A DNA stretch of 64,000 nt, taken from positions 6,350 to 70,349 of the forward strand of contig JAUCBJ010008373.1 in assembly GCA_032718475.1 (NCBI GenBank). The letters run 5' to 3'. This document shows, in pieces, positions 24,326 to 36,005 of the stretch; the stretch's first letter is position 1, and each line of letters begins with the position of its first letter. The translations under genes were made by a program, and so were the position numbers. Source of the DNA: Nemertoderma westbladi (lineage: Eukaryota > Animalia > Xenacoelomorpha). The notes beneath the pieces were generated by a model that saw only the letters and a program-made list of their open reading frames with translations, did no database searches and was not told where the DNA came from.

Positions 24326-24546
24326 TGTTAGAGTAACCAATATGTAATTTAATCAGATTAATTATATTGATTAATTATAATATACAACTGATTAGTCAGC
24401 TGTGCAGTAGGAGATAATTGTATGTTACACAGCTGTGCAGTTAGAGGTAGTAGGACAATATGCATAACGATGAAGAAGAATTAATTAATATATGAACTAT
24501 AGTAAACTACAGTAATTGTTTTCTGATCCTGTGAGTAATCCTCACA
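24326..24546 (+). repeat. 5' LTR of gypsy element
   Basis: TGTTAGAGTAACC...GTAATCCTCACA, matches 29203-29423. Confidence 0.97.
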
Positions 24547-24548
24547 TT

Positions 24549-24560
24549 TGGTGACCCAGC
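24549..24560 (+). promoter_or_regulatory. Primer binding site, probably tRNA-Trp
   Basis: TGGTGACCC 2 nt after the 5' LTR. The first 9 nt match the tRNA-Trp PBS of avian sarcoma-leukosis viruses (TGGTGACCCCGACG...). Confidence 0.7.
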
Positions 24561-24603
24561 GATTTCTTTCTTTTTTTTTAAATAAATTAGTTGCTATTGT
24601 CCA

Positions 24604-27600
24604 ATGTCTTTCACTGCTTACCGTAAGGCTGATCTGGCTGAAGTCCTCCAGCAACTGAACAGTTCTGATCCCAACTACTCGCTACCCGACAAGAAAGCCG
24701 ACATGATCGATGAACTCAGCAAAGAGAATCCGGTCGCAATTAAGATTCTTCTGTCGCATATACAGAAGAGTCAAACGGTTCTACAGCCATCAGTACCTCA
24801 TCCGCAAACACCACATTCGTATCCACAAAAGGTAAAACTACCCGAATTCTATGAGAAAGACGCTAGAGTATGGTTCCAACAAGTGGAAGCCGTGCTTGAA
24901 GGACACCCAGCTGCAGCAATGAGATCCAATTTGTTGGCTGCTTTGCCAACAGAAACAATATTGGATGCTGGAGTCAACCTCAGTGATACTTTCGAGACGA
25001 TTAAAGATAATATAATAAATCATTTGGCTGACAGCGACAACAAACGCCTGCGTAAATTACTTGCAGCTCAAGAGCTTGGTGACAGAAAGCCTTCAGCAGC
25101 CCTGCGGCAAATGCTGCGCCTAGCACCAGCAAATGAACAAATCGTACGTTTGCGTTTTCTAGAAATCTTACCATCCTCGGTCAGTATAGTTCTAACAACT
25201 TTGAGTGGTCTTTCACTGGAACAAATGGGTGATGTTGCTGATAAAATGATTAAGCAACAGGATTCCCAATCGTCAACTAGTTTATCCGCACCAATCCATC
25301 ATCAGACTGAAATCAACATGCTCCAGGAGTCGCAAAAAATCCTTGTCCAATCACAGAAGTCACTCGCTGATCAAATTTCGCAGATAAATACGCAACTAAG
25401 AGACCTCTCAACACGCCGAGATGGAGATCGTTCCCGTTCTCGATACAACTCATCACGCTCTGGTTCTCGTTCAGCAACACCTCATCGTCAGCGCTCACAT
25501 TCCCGCTCCCAATCTCGAGAATACAACCCAAATGGAGCCTGGTGTTACTACCATTACACTTATGGCAGAGAAGCATCCACGTGTCGACCGCCCTGTTCAT
25601 GGCGCAATCTAACAAACCGACGTTGTGGAAATCCAGGTAACTCTGACAGTAATAATGAAAACAATAATACCGGTGGTAGTGATATTTGTAATATTCACGT
25701 AGAAGCTTTACCGGTAGGAGAATTTCTAATTGATTCTGGCAGTGGTTATTCTATATTACCCCAGAAATTCCAATCCCTTCTGAAAAATAAATCCCAGAAT
25801 AATGTCCTGTTGAAAGCAGCTAATTATTCTGAAATACGAAATTATGGGAGCGGAATACTTGAATTTTATATTCCAACCCTTAGAAAGGAACCATTTACTT
25901 GGAATTTTATAGTGGCAGACGTAACACAACCCATTCTTGGAATTGATTTTCTCCGACACAATAATATCAATATTGATTGTGCGAGTAAACAAATATATTT
26001 CAAAACTCCAATGAAAATGTCGATTCAAAACGAAAACAATAAACCCAATAAAAAACAAGAACAACCCTCAAAAATCAGCAACCAGAATCAATCCAACTTT
26101 ATCTACAGTACGACTTCTAACATGACCAGAACCCCACATATATTTTCAGTAACTGGTGGCAGGAATTATCGTTTAAAGCTAATAGTGATGATTTTAATGA
26201 TTCTCTCTATTTTTTACCCTTTAGCATATTGTGTTAGCAAGTTACCGTTATCCATATTTGCCTTACCTTTCTTCTTTATATTTGGTACTGGTGCGATATT
26301 AGGTTTAACATTGGATTGTTTTACAATTGGTGATGAACTATTTGGTTATGCAGGACCGCCCAAAGTAGACATTAGTAGTAAATCGTCTGATTTTTGGTTT
26401 CCAATTTCAACTGTTTCAAGTAAGGAAATTAATAAGGAAATTTCAAGAGTTAACTTAATCAATTCAAATACCAAAACAAGGTTAAATAAATTGTTAAATA
26501 AGTATGATACTGTTTTCTCTCTGAGATGTAAAAACGAACCAGTAAAACATAATATAGAACACCATATAATCACTAGCGGACCTCCGTGTTTTTCTAGACC
26601 GCGTAGATTATTTGGTGAAAAATTAACCGCCGCAACTTCCGATTTTAATAATTTAGTTAAAAATAGCATTGCAGAACGCAGCGATTCGCCATGGTGTTCT
26701 CCGTTGCACATGGTACCAAAATCTGATGGTACTTGGAGAAATTGTGGTGATTATCGTCGCTTAAATCGGCAAACTGTTTATGACTGCTATCCTATGCCAA
26801 ACATAGCAGACATAAGCAATAACTTTAGGGGCTGCACCGTCTTTACAAAAATAGATCTCGAAAAAGCTTTTTACCAAATTCCTATGGCGGATGATGACGT
26901 AAAAAAAAACTGCTATTACTACACCTTTTGGTATGTTTTGTTTTAAAAGAATGCCTTTTGGTCTCAAAAACGCAAGCCAAACCTTTCAACGATTAATTGA
27001 TACTGCTCTTTCAGGTTTACCTTTTGCTGTGGGTTACATTGACGATATATTAATCGCAAGCCCAAACGAAGAACAACATTTTAAGGACCTGGAGGCAGTA
27101 CTAAAACGATTTGAGAGTTACGGTTTGAAAGCCAAAATATCAAAGTGTTCATATTTTCAAACTGAAGTACAATTTTTAGGTTACGTGATATCTAAAAATG
27201 GCGTTTCCCCAAATCCATCCAAAATTCAAGCGATAAAAGAAGTACCACAACCCAAATCTATTTCTTCATTGCGTCGATTTTTAGGAATGTGTGGATTTTA
27301 CCACCGATTCATACCAAATTTTTCATTGATAGCTGCACCACTCACCGACCTCACTAGAAAAATAAATAAGTCCAAAAACGAAAATTTTGAACTTACTTTA
27401 GATGCGCAACTTGCCTTTAGCAATTTAAAAAGTGCTTTAGAAAAGTCAATAACTCTGTCTTTCCCTTTGAAAGGAGCACCTCTAAGTATAACAACAGATG
27501 CTTCTTCCATTGCGTTAGGTGCAGTTATTCATCAGTTGGTTAACGGGAGAGCAGAGCCATTAGCTTTCTATTCTAGAAAATTAACAGCTGCAGAATCAAA

Positions 27601-29056
27601 AAAATCAGCTTTTGATCGAGAACTTCTTGGAATTTATGCAGCATTAAAACAACACGATTGGTTACTTGGCCAAGAAATAACAATTTTTACAGACCATAAA
27701 CCTCTTGTGCATAGTTTAACAATGAAAAATCCTTCGCCACAACAATCTAGATGGTTATCCTACATTTCAGAGTTCACAAGTAAGATTGAACATGTTTCTG
27801 GTTCCGATAATATTGTGGCTGACGCCCTTTCTCGTCCTATATGTGCCATTTCATTCGACAATTTGGAAGAATTAGCCGACGCACAATCAGCTGATAGTGA
27901 CTTACAATCATTTTTCCGCTCAACTAATTTACCTTTAAAAAGAGTGAAAGTTCTTGGCGACAAAGAGGTAGTTTACGATGACTCTACGCCCCATCTAAGA
28001 CCATATATTCCGATGACATTAAGACGCCAAATTTTTGACAGTATTCACAATTTATCCCATCCAGGTCCCAAAGAATCGTCACATTTAGTTACTGCTCGTT
28101 TTATATGGCCAGGTGTTAAAAAGCAGGTAAAAGTTTGGGCTAACGAATGTCAGCATTGCCAAACTTGTAAAATTACACGCCATATTAAAACTCCAATAGA
28201 CACAATACCTACTTCATCTAGGTTAGACACCGTACATATAGATATCGTAGGTCCATTACCTCCATCCAATGGCTATAAATACTTATTCACAGCGGTAGAT
28301 AGATACACCAGATGGCCCGAAGTAGTACCTTTAAGAAATATAACTGCAGATACAGTAGCTACTGCTTTCTTAAATTCTTGGATAAGTCGATTCGGTATTC
28401 CCCGCAAAATAGTTACTGACCGCGGTTCACAATTTGAATCAGCTTTATTCTCCGCCCTGATTTCACAATTAGGAATTGATCGCGCACGTACTACTGCATA
28501 TCACCCTTCCTGTAATGGCCTTGTCGAACGATTTCATAGGAGTCTTAAAGCATCACTTAGGGCAAAATGTTGCAGTAGAACATGGTTTAGAGAACTACCT
28601 TTAGTGCTTTTAGGTTTGCGATCCGCAATAGGAGTACATGGATTTTCTCCGGCCCAATTGATGTACGGAACTGAATTACTCCTCCCAGGTCAATATTTTC
28701 TACCTGAATCAAATACCTTAGACCAAACGTTGCCCAATTTTGTTGAAAATTTATTCCGTAAAGTTGATAAATTTAACCCACCAGAGAGAAAACATTTGAC
28801 TAAATCATACCTTCCACAATCGCTTGAGAACGCTACACACGTGTGGGTTCGAGATCCTATTAAGCGATCTTCACTAAATCCTTTATACAAAGGACCTTAC
28901 GAAATAATTAGTAAAACAGCGAAAACAGTCAAAATTAAAATTCATAAAGGTGAAGAAACATTGTCTCTAGATAGAATAAAGCCTGTAGTGAAACCTCAAA
29001 AATTAGACGATCGCAATAATAATGTTATTAAGAAAACAGTAAGTTTTAGGTTATAG
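24604..29056 (+). CDS. Gypsy gag-pol polyprotein with one frameshift in an A9 run (26901-26909)
   Basis: Gag KLPEFYEKDARVWFQQVEA, LGDRKPS and the CHCC box CYYH...C..PC. Protease LIDSGSGYS. RT SPLHMVPK..WRNCGDYRRLN, IDLEKAFYQI, MPFGLKNA, YIDD. RNase H TTDAS, DRELL, TDHKPL, VADALSR. Integrase H..H..C..C, HIDIVGP, TDRGSQF, GLVERFH, and a GPY motif. Removing one A restores DDVKKTAITTPFG. Confidence 0.95.
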
Positions 29057-29188
29057 TAATCAGTTATTTTTGAGTCTATTTCACTTTCAATCTCATTAGG
29101 TTCAGTCTAACTTTAATGAGCCTTTAATGATACTCTTGTTTATCTCATATTTAGTGTAAATATTTATTTAATAATGTGCTCCGCAATT

Positions 29189-29200
29189 AGGAAGGGGGGT
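29189..29200 (+). promoter_or_regulatory. Polypurine tract of gypsy element
   Basis: AGGAAGGGGGG just before the 3' LTR. Confidence 0.9.
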
Positions 29201-29202
29201 CA

Positions 29203-29423
29203 TGTTAGAGTAACCAATATGTAATTTAATCAGATTAATTATATTGATTAATTATAATATACAACTGATTAGTCAGCTGTGCAGTAGGAGATAATTGTAT
29301 GTTACACAGCTGTGCAGTTAGAGGTAGTAGGACAATATGCATAACGATGAAGAAGAATTAATTAATATATGAACTATAGTAAACTACAGTAATTGTTTTC
29401 TGATCCTGTGAGTAATCCTCACA
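29203..29423 (+). repeat. 3' LTR of gypsy element
   Basis: Identical by eye to 24326-24546 and followed by TSD ATAGG. Confidence 0.97.
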
Positions 29424-31110
29424 ATAGGCTACTTGGAACTCCGATCGCTTCACAAAAATGTCAGTATCGCGGCCGTATCCTGCGACCCCTTTAGCCACAT
29501 AGAAACAACGGGTTCAGTCAGCTGCAAAACGCCCCCAATTAAATCTCGCTAATTGAGCAACTGAAGTTGGCATTCCGCAATGGGAGGGAGTTCTCCTGGA
29601 GTGGGGGGTCGCGGTGGAACACCCGACAAGGGAAGTAGAATGGAGGTATTGTTGGTCAATGGTCGCAAGGAACCGCCAGGGACTTTCTTGTGCGGAATTC
29701 CCGCGGCTGCGCGGGACACTCTGGCCAATGTCAGAATGTTGAATACAAATGACGGCAGTGCTTCCATAACTTAAACGGAGAGCCGTCATCTGCCTGCACT
29801 GCGTCGTGGTAGCGCGGCGATCCACTGATCTCGTTCGGCACCGACAGGAGAAATTTTCACTGCACGAACGTTCAGTAAACTGCAGAACTGTCTAGCTGTC
29901 TGTTTGTAGGTTAAGTATACTGGTATAATAAATCATTCTACGGTAGCAGTACAGCTTACAGCAGTACTGCAGTATGAAATGAATGGACTTCGCTAGCGAA
30001 GTCGGATCAGGCAGTATGCCAGTCCTGTAGTATAGTAGTCCTTGTACGAAACCTAATACAGTAATAACAGAATACGTTGTTCTGAAGGCAATAGGCCTAT
30101 CGGTACGAATACTGTAAGTGAAGACTGAAGCATGCGCCCATGTAAAGAATACCAGGATTGAATTTAAGATATTTCGTGCTGTAATTTTTTTTTTTTTTGG
30201 TTGACAAGTATTTATTTTTGGGGGAAAAATAATTGTTTTTGGGGGTAGAATAATTGTTTTTGGGGATGAATAGTTGTTTTTGGTGAGAGGGATGTGTCCC
30301 ATACTCAATATTTGGGGATGTGAATTGGGTCTACAAAAAATATATTAGGTGGAAAATAATTTATTTTCGTGTTAAATCATCTAATTTGGGGTGACATTCA
30401 ATTAGTAGCGGTTGAAATACACTAGGGAAAAGAAAATACGCCCTGAGGAGTGAGAATACACGATCAGACGATAATGTAGCGTTAGCTCCAAATCGGTATA
30501 ACCTTAGGCCCTGTGGCGTTAGGTACTGTAGCTTTAGGTCCTGGCGCAAATATCTGACTGGTGATTCTGTATTAATCTATTCTACAATATCCCTACCTCT
30601 CGTTTATTGTTTTGGTTCCTTTCAACTCGCCTCTGCCAGTCTGTAACCTGCTCCTTTACTAACCTGCCTGCCTGCCTGGTTTTGGATGTTGGAGGCAGAC
30701 TGGACCTACTGACCTAATGGCACGGCCTTAACTGCCTAACGCTACCAGGACCTAAAGTTACGGACCTAACGCTAACAGGACCTATAATGCCACGGACCTA
30801 ACGCTACCATCAGGACTGCAGGACCTAATAGCCTAAAGCGCCAGGACCTAACGCACTATAACCGAATACACTAGGTGCTAGGCAGCTAGGGAAATTTAAC
30901 CGGGTCGAGTGATTTTGCATGGCGAGTGAAAATTCTCTGTTACACACCGGGTGTCGGTGATCTCTACTCAGCTACTCTATGGAAGGTTTTACGTTTTACC
31001 GTTCATCATCTAGCTAGCCGAGTACAGCAGTAGCCAGATACAGTACAGAGCTGCAGAGTGAGTCAGTCTGTTGGTGAAGTGTTCATTTATATTATTTTCA
31101 TTTGTTAATT

Positions 31111-34086
31111 ATGGATTTAACAAATACCGCTACCATTTCGATTTCGTCTAATTACAATGACAGGACGCATCCGATCCATGGGAAACGCAGTTTCTATTCA
31201 ATTCCAGACAACGAAATTCAGAAAACTAAATGTCGTAGTAAATTTCATTATCAAAAATCTACGGATGACGACGAGGACGATAGTGCCAGACGGTTGCAGC
31301 AATCTAATAAACTGTGTTCCTATATAGAAGAAAATATAGTTGGGAATGGAAGTTGTTTTATCGGACCTTTTGGGGAACGGCAGATAGTATACTGCGATTA
31401 TATAGCCTCGGGTAAATCTCTCCGATTCATCGAGGATTATATAAGAAGTCAAGTGTTACCGATGTATGGTAACACCCACACAACCACCACGGTCACGTCG
31501 TTACAGACCACGTTGTATCGCCACGAAGCTCGCGATATTATACGTAACGCCTGTAACGCTAGCGAATACGACGCCGTTATTTTCGCCGGGTCTGGAGTAA
31601 CAGGCGCCGTACATAAACTCATCGGGGCTATGGATCTAGGGAATCGGAAAACTGTTGTGTTTCTAGGGCCATTCGAACACCATTCCAGCCTCCTACCCTG
31701 GAGAGAAGCTGGAGCCACTATAGTTTATATCCCAGAAAACTGTGAAGGAACTCTAGATATTAAAGAACTGACGAATAAACTTATAGAATATAAATCGAGT
31801 GGATTTCTTATTGGTTGTTTTAATGCGGCTAGCAACATCACTGGAATACTAGAAAATGTTAACGAAGTTACAGCGTGTTGTCATAGTAACGGGTGTTTAG
31901 CTTTGTGGGATTACGCTACAGCAGGTCCCTATGTTCCCATTGATATGAACCCAGTTGACCCCTGCAGGAGCGACCACAGTCTCGTCTCCAAGGACGCCGT
32001 ATTTATTTCTCCCCATAAATTTATAGGCGGGGTTGAAACTCCGGGTGTTCTGATAGCGAAACGGAATTTGTTGACCAATGGGGTGCCGCACTGCGGCGGG
32101 GGCGGGGGGAGTGTGTTCTTTGTGACTCAAGATTCGCATCGGTACCTACAGGAAGTGGAGAACAGAGAGGAGCCAGGGACCCCGGCAATAGTAGGGAGTA
32201 TCCGAGCTGGATTGGCGTTCCAACTGAAACATAACGTAGATCCGGAGTTTATAAAAGCGAGGGAACTCAGTCTAGCTCGGCGCGCGTTGGAAGTCCTCTC
32301 GACCAATCAGAACGTAGTAATCCTGGGTTCCCAAACGACCCAACGTCTCCCGGTTATGTCCTTCCTCGTCTACCACCAACAATCCGGATACTTCCTCCAT
32401 TACAACTACATCTGCGCCCTCCTAAACGACTTGTTTGGTGTTCAGACGCGCGGAGGCTGCGCATGCGCTGGTCCATACGCCCAATCTCTACTTGGATTGG
32501 ATGAGCCCACAGCGCGGCTCTATGAGCAACTGTTATTGGAGGATTCCCGACTGGATAGAACTCATCTGCGACGGCGTACGGAATTCTCGGACAAGGAAGT
32601 TCTGAGACCGGGGTTCGTGCGATTCAATCTGTCCTACTTTATGTCGGACCCGACGGTTGAATACATTCTCGATGCGGTTTGCTTCGTGGCCGAGCACGCC
32701 TGGAGATTTCTTCCCTGGTACACGTTCATTGCTGAGACCGGGGAATGGCGTCATCGGAAACACAGGGTCTTTACAGACCGGAAGTGGCTGGGATCTATTT
32801 CCTATTCCAATGGCGCAATGGTTTTTCCAGATGCTGCCCCTCAACCCACCTCCTGTCACCCCGGTGTGTCTCCTTCCTTACCAAACACCTTCCCAGATGT
32901 CCTCGCTACCGCCTCCCACATCCTCAATCTCATTACCTCAGACAGACAATGCCTTCCCGATCAGAGACTCATGTTTGAGGATTGCCTTGATTTGCGTTGG
33001 TTTTTATTGCCTTCTGAGGCGTATTTGTACGTCCGAGGTGAGGGTGCCGGGGTTGGTCGATCAGTTAATCAGTTACCTTACATCCCCAGGGGAATGACGG
33101 CAGTGAGGCAATGCTATCCGCTTAGTAAGCCATTAGAACACAAAGAACACATGACTGATTCACAAAATCTTGTTGACAACATGACGCATTCTCAAGATCT
33201 TAAAGACAACAATTCACAAGTAGAGAATGGCGCCTTGGAGTGTGTTCAGGATGGTTACTTATTATCGCCTCAAATTTTGACGGATTCTCGATTCCACCAC
33301 CCCCCGAGGCCGTTGTTTAAGTCGATGATTGAGGCGATTAACGAGTTTGGGATGATCAGCGACGGGGATAACGTCCTTCTCGCACTGAGCGGGGGTAAAG
33401 ATTCCCTTTCGCTGCTCCACGCCCTCAAGCAGTACCAATACGTATCGCGGTCCAAGGGAGTCCGATTCCGTATGGGTGCGGTCACGGTGGATCCCCAGGC
33501 CCAATCCTACGACCCTAGTCCTTTAATCCCCTACATGCAGGCTTTGGGAGTTCCGTACCACTACGAACGCCAGGATATTATCGGACAGGCCCGAGATACT
33601 GAGCCTGTTAGCATATGTTCATTCTGTTCCCGACTAAAGAGAGGAAAGATGTACGCGTGCGCTCGTCGACATGGATACAACGTGCTCGCCTTGGGACAGC
33701 ATCTTGATGATATCGCAGAGAGTTTCTTCATGTCTGTGTTCCACAACGGGTTGCTACGGACGATGAAGGCCAACTACCCCGAGTCGGGGGGTCATCTGCG
33801 AGTCATCCGGCCGTTGGTTTATGTTCGAGAGATCGAGACTCGTCGATTCGCTGAGTCGGTGAACCTTCCGGTTATCCCGGAGAACTGCCCCGCCTGCTTC
33901 GAGGCTCCCAAGGAACGTCATCGCATTAAGCAGCTATTAGCGGCCCAAGAGTTAATGTTTCCTGATTTATTTTTTAGTTTGAAACTGTCTTTGAAGCCTT
34001 TATTAGCTAGAGGTTGTAAAGGTTCAAGTGCAGATGATGGAGTTGTTAATGATCACTTAACTAATACGTTTAGTAAATTATTATGA
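31111..34086 (+). CDS. Single-exon fusion of a PLP-dependent class V aminotransferase (cysteine desulfurase-like) and a TtcA-family PP-loop tRNA thiolase (~991 aa)
   Basis: N-half: YCDYIASG, YGNTHT, EHHS, AASNITG, SPHKF (PLP Lys), EEPGTP, RGGCACAG. C-half: LSGGKDS, CSFCSRLKRG, LGQHLDD, VIRPL, ENCPAC. First ATG at 31111 (the track starts at an upstream TTG). AATAAA at ~34121. Confidence 0.9.
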   Translation: MDLTNTATISISSNYNDRTHPIHGKRSFYSIPDNEIQKTKCRSKFHYQKSTDDDEDDSARRLQQSNKLCSYIEENIVGNGSCFIGPFGERQIVYCDYIASGKSLRFIEDYIRSQVLPMYGNTHTTTTVTSLQTTLYRHEARDIIRNACNASEYDAVIFAGSGVTGAVHKLIGAMDLGNRKTVVFLGPFEHHSSLLPWREAGATIVYIPENCEGTLDIKELTNKLIEYKSSGFLIGCFNAASNITGILENVNEVTACCHSNGCLALWDYATAGPYVPIDMNPVDPCRSDHSLVSKDAVFISPHKFIGGVETPGVLIAKRNLLTNGVPHCGGGGGSVFFVTQDSHRYLQEVENREEPGTPAIVGSIRAGLAFQLKHNVDPEFIKARELSLARRALEVLSTNQNVVILGSQTTQRLPVMSFLVYHQQSGYFLHYNYICALLNDLFGVQTRGGCACAGPYAQSLLGLDEPTARLYEQLLLEDSRLDRTHLRRRTEFSDKEVLRPGFVRFNLSYFMSDPTVEYILDAVCFVAEHAWRFLPWYTFIAETGEWRHRKHRVFTDRKWLGSISYSNGAMVFPDAAPQPTSCHPGVSPSLPNTFPDVLATASHILNLITSDRQCLPDQRLMFEDCLDLRWFLLPSEAYLYVRGEGAGVGRSVNQLPYIPRGMTAVRQCYPLSKPLEHKEHMTDSQNLVDNMTHSQDLKDNNSQVENGALECVQDGYLLSPQILTDSRFHHPPRPLFKSMIEAINEFGMISDGDNVLLALSGGKDSLSLLHALKQYQYVSRSKGVRFRMGAVTVDPQAQSYDPSPLIPYMQALGVPYHYERQDIIGQARDTEPVSICSFCSRLKRGKMYACARRHGYNVLALGQHLDDIAESFFMSVFHNGLLRTMKANYPESGGHLRVIRPLVYVREIETRRFAESVNLPVIPENCPACFEAPKERHRIKQLLAAQELMFPDLFFSLKLSLKPLLARGCKGSSADDGVVNDHLTNTFSKLL

Positions 34087-35271
34087 TTTTAATAACGAAA
34101 CCATTTGTTTTATTAGTTTCAATAAAATTCCCTCCGAACCTATTATTATTTGACTGAATTTTTATTATTTCTTATTTTTGACATTAAACAAAACTCGTAG
34201 CACATAAAGTGCAATGCAATCTTGTTTATTACATATTTATTTATTACATTTGTTATTTTTTCAAATGCTCTTATTATTTCTCTTATTATTTTTTCATGCT
34301 CTTTATATTCGTAATATATGACAAATTCATATGTACAATTCCATTAAATAAAGTTATGACTCGTTTTTTTTGTACATTTTTGACAAAAAAAATGTTTTTC
34401 ATTACAAGAATCCTTTGTGTTTTATTTTTTTATTTCTACTCCCACACGTTCCTACAAACGATATGAAAATATACTTTAACATGTCAATAAACAACCGAAT
34501 TGATAAATATACAACAAAAAACAAACAAACGATATGCCTATGACAGAATGCCACTCAAGCCTCTCACCAACAGCTGTTCTTGTCATGCAGTTTTAGCGAG
34601 ATGCCAATATGCTAAGTATACATATCCATCCATCTCTATTGAAACTGGATTAAAAATTGATCCTGCGGTATCATATAGCTTCCCTGAAATAGCTAAATAC
34701 TTTACTCTCGCAAACCTAATGGAAATTGATAAAAGTTAAATCCAAATTTCTTAAACGCCTCCTTTGTCTACCATCTAATTCGTCAGTTACCTTGGCCCAC
34801 CACCATCTACAGTACGAAGTGCAACACCTTAGTAGAAGACATTGTAGAACTACACCCAGGACTTCTTAAACCGTCCGTTCTCGAAGATTATCGCCAGTTT
34901 CGTGCTGAACGAAAAATCACTATGAAAATGGAAACTACACTGCAGGCCCAGCTTTTAGCTGTCTAACACGTCGACACGTTATTACAGTACAAGGACAACC
35001 GCCCATGGTTTCCAACATCTGATCTGCCCCACTTCACTACCTTTTCTTGACGGATTGTATTTGTAAATAGTGCGGCGAAACAGCAGCTAACCGATACCAT
35101 GTGTTAATCTGTACCTCTTCACCATCTCTTTCAAGACTAGCATTGACATAACCTTTACTTGGTTATTTTTAGGACCGCGTAGCGTTAGTAGGCGCTAGTA
35201 TTCACTCCGTTGTTGTTGTTGGCGTTGTTGTTAATTTCTCGTTAGGTTTTGGTATTAAGGATTGATGATAC

Positions 35272-35343
35272 GGCCCCGGTGGCTCAGTTGGTAGAGCGTG
35301 GGACTGGAATCTCTAGGTACCGAGTTCAATCGGCCCCCATTCC
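35272..35343 (+). pseudogene. tRNA-derived sequence (SINE head or tRNA pseudogene)
   Basis: A box TGGCTCAGTTGG-TAGAGCG and B-box-like GAGTTCAATC at tRNA spacing. Anticodon, T and acceptor stems pair poorly. Confidence 0.7.
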
Positions 35344-36005
35344 GGTGAATGATTTTTGCTTGTTAAAGGTTTATATTTAATTATGTCTTAATTTCTAATA
35401 TTTTACTTATAGATTGTGTTAAATTTTTATTAATATATATTTAATAATTAAAGCCTTTAATTGCCCCGCGTGGGGTCGTAAATTTAAAAAAAAATAAGCT
35501 AAGTAAACCAAGTTAACCTTGATCATGGCATACGAAGTCCCGAAATTTGTATTTCTCAACCTCAATTTGTTATAGGCATATAATTCACTAATTGAACTTC
35601 TAAGCTTATCCCTTGGCACCCGTAGCACCAACGCCTTACGTACGAGCACAGTATCGGGACAGTAATCTAATTAGGTGTTTCGGTGTTACTGTTATGTCGT
35701 CCCTTTTTATACAGTATTTAATTGTGTCAGGCTAATGGGGACGGGCCAAAGCGTCCCAATACGGACTTACTACGCCTAGTCTAGCCAGCCTGTATTTAAA
35801 ATTCACTGACTCCGTGGCTCGCCCCATATTGTTGTGTTTCCAAGCCTATCCCTGTATTTTTGCTCTGGCTATCTAAACCAAACTGAAGTTTTTGTGGACA
35901 ACAGCGGGATATTCAAAATAGTAGGCCTAATCACCTTTTTATGTCACCTAGTCAGTCAAATAATATTTTTCCTTAGTCACTCTCTACCAAGGCCCTCTTC
36001 TAGTA

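Larger units (their letters stand above)
24326..29423 (+). mobile_element. Full-length Ty3/gypsy LTR retrotransposon (CsRN1/Kabuki-like Gag), recent insertion
   Basis: Two 221-bp TG...CA LTRs that read identical. 5-bp TSD ATAGG (24321-24325 and 29424-29428). PBS and PPT present. Order PR-RT-RH-IN. Confidence 0.97.

Noticed and set aside
26895-26946. Programmed gag/pol frameshift in the gypsy element
   Set aside because: The shift lies inside RT at an A9 homopolymer, consistent with a single-base indel or sequencing error.
29429-29830. Gene in the GC-rich flank of the gypsy insertion
   Set aside because: Short ORFs without motifs. It may be a decayed LINE 5' region, but the evidence is too weak to call.
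35272-35343. Functional tRNA gene
   Set aside because: Acceptor, anticodon and T stems do not pair properly, so it is kept only as a tRNA-derived sequence.
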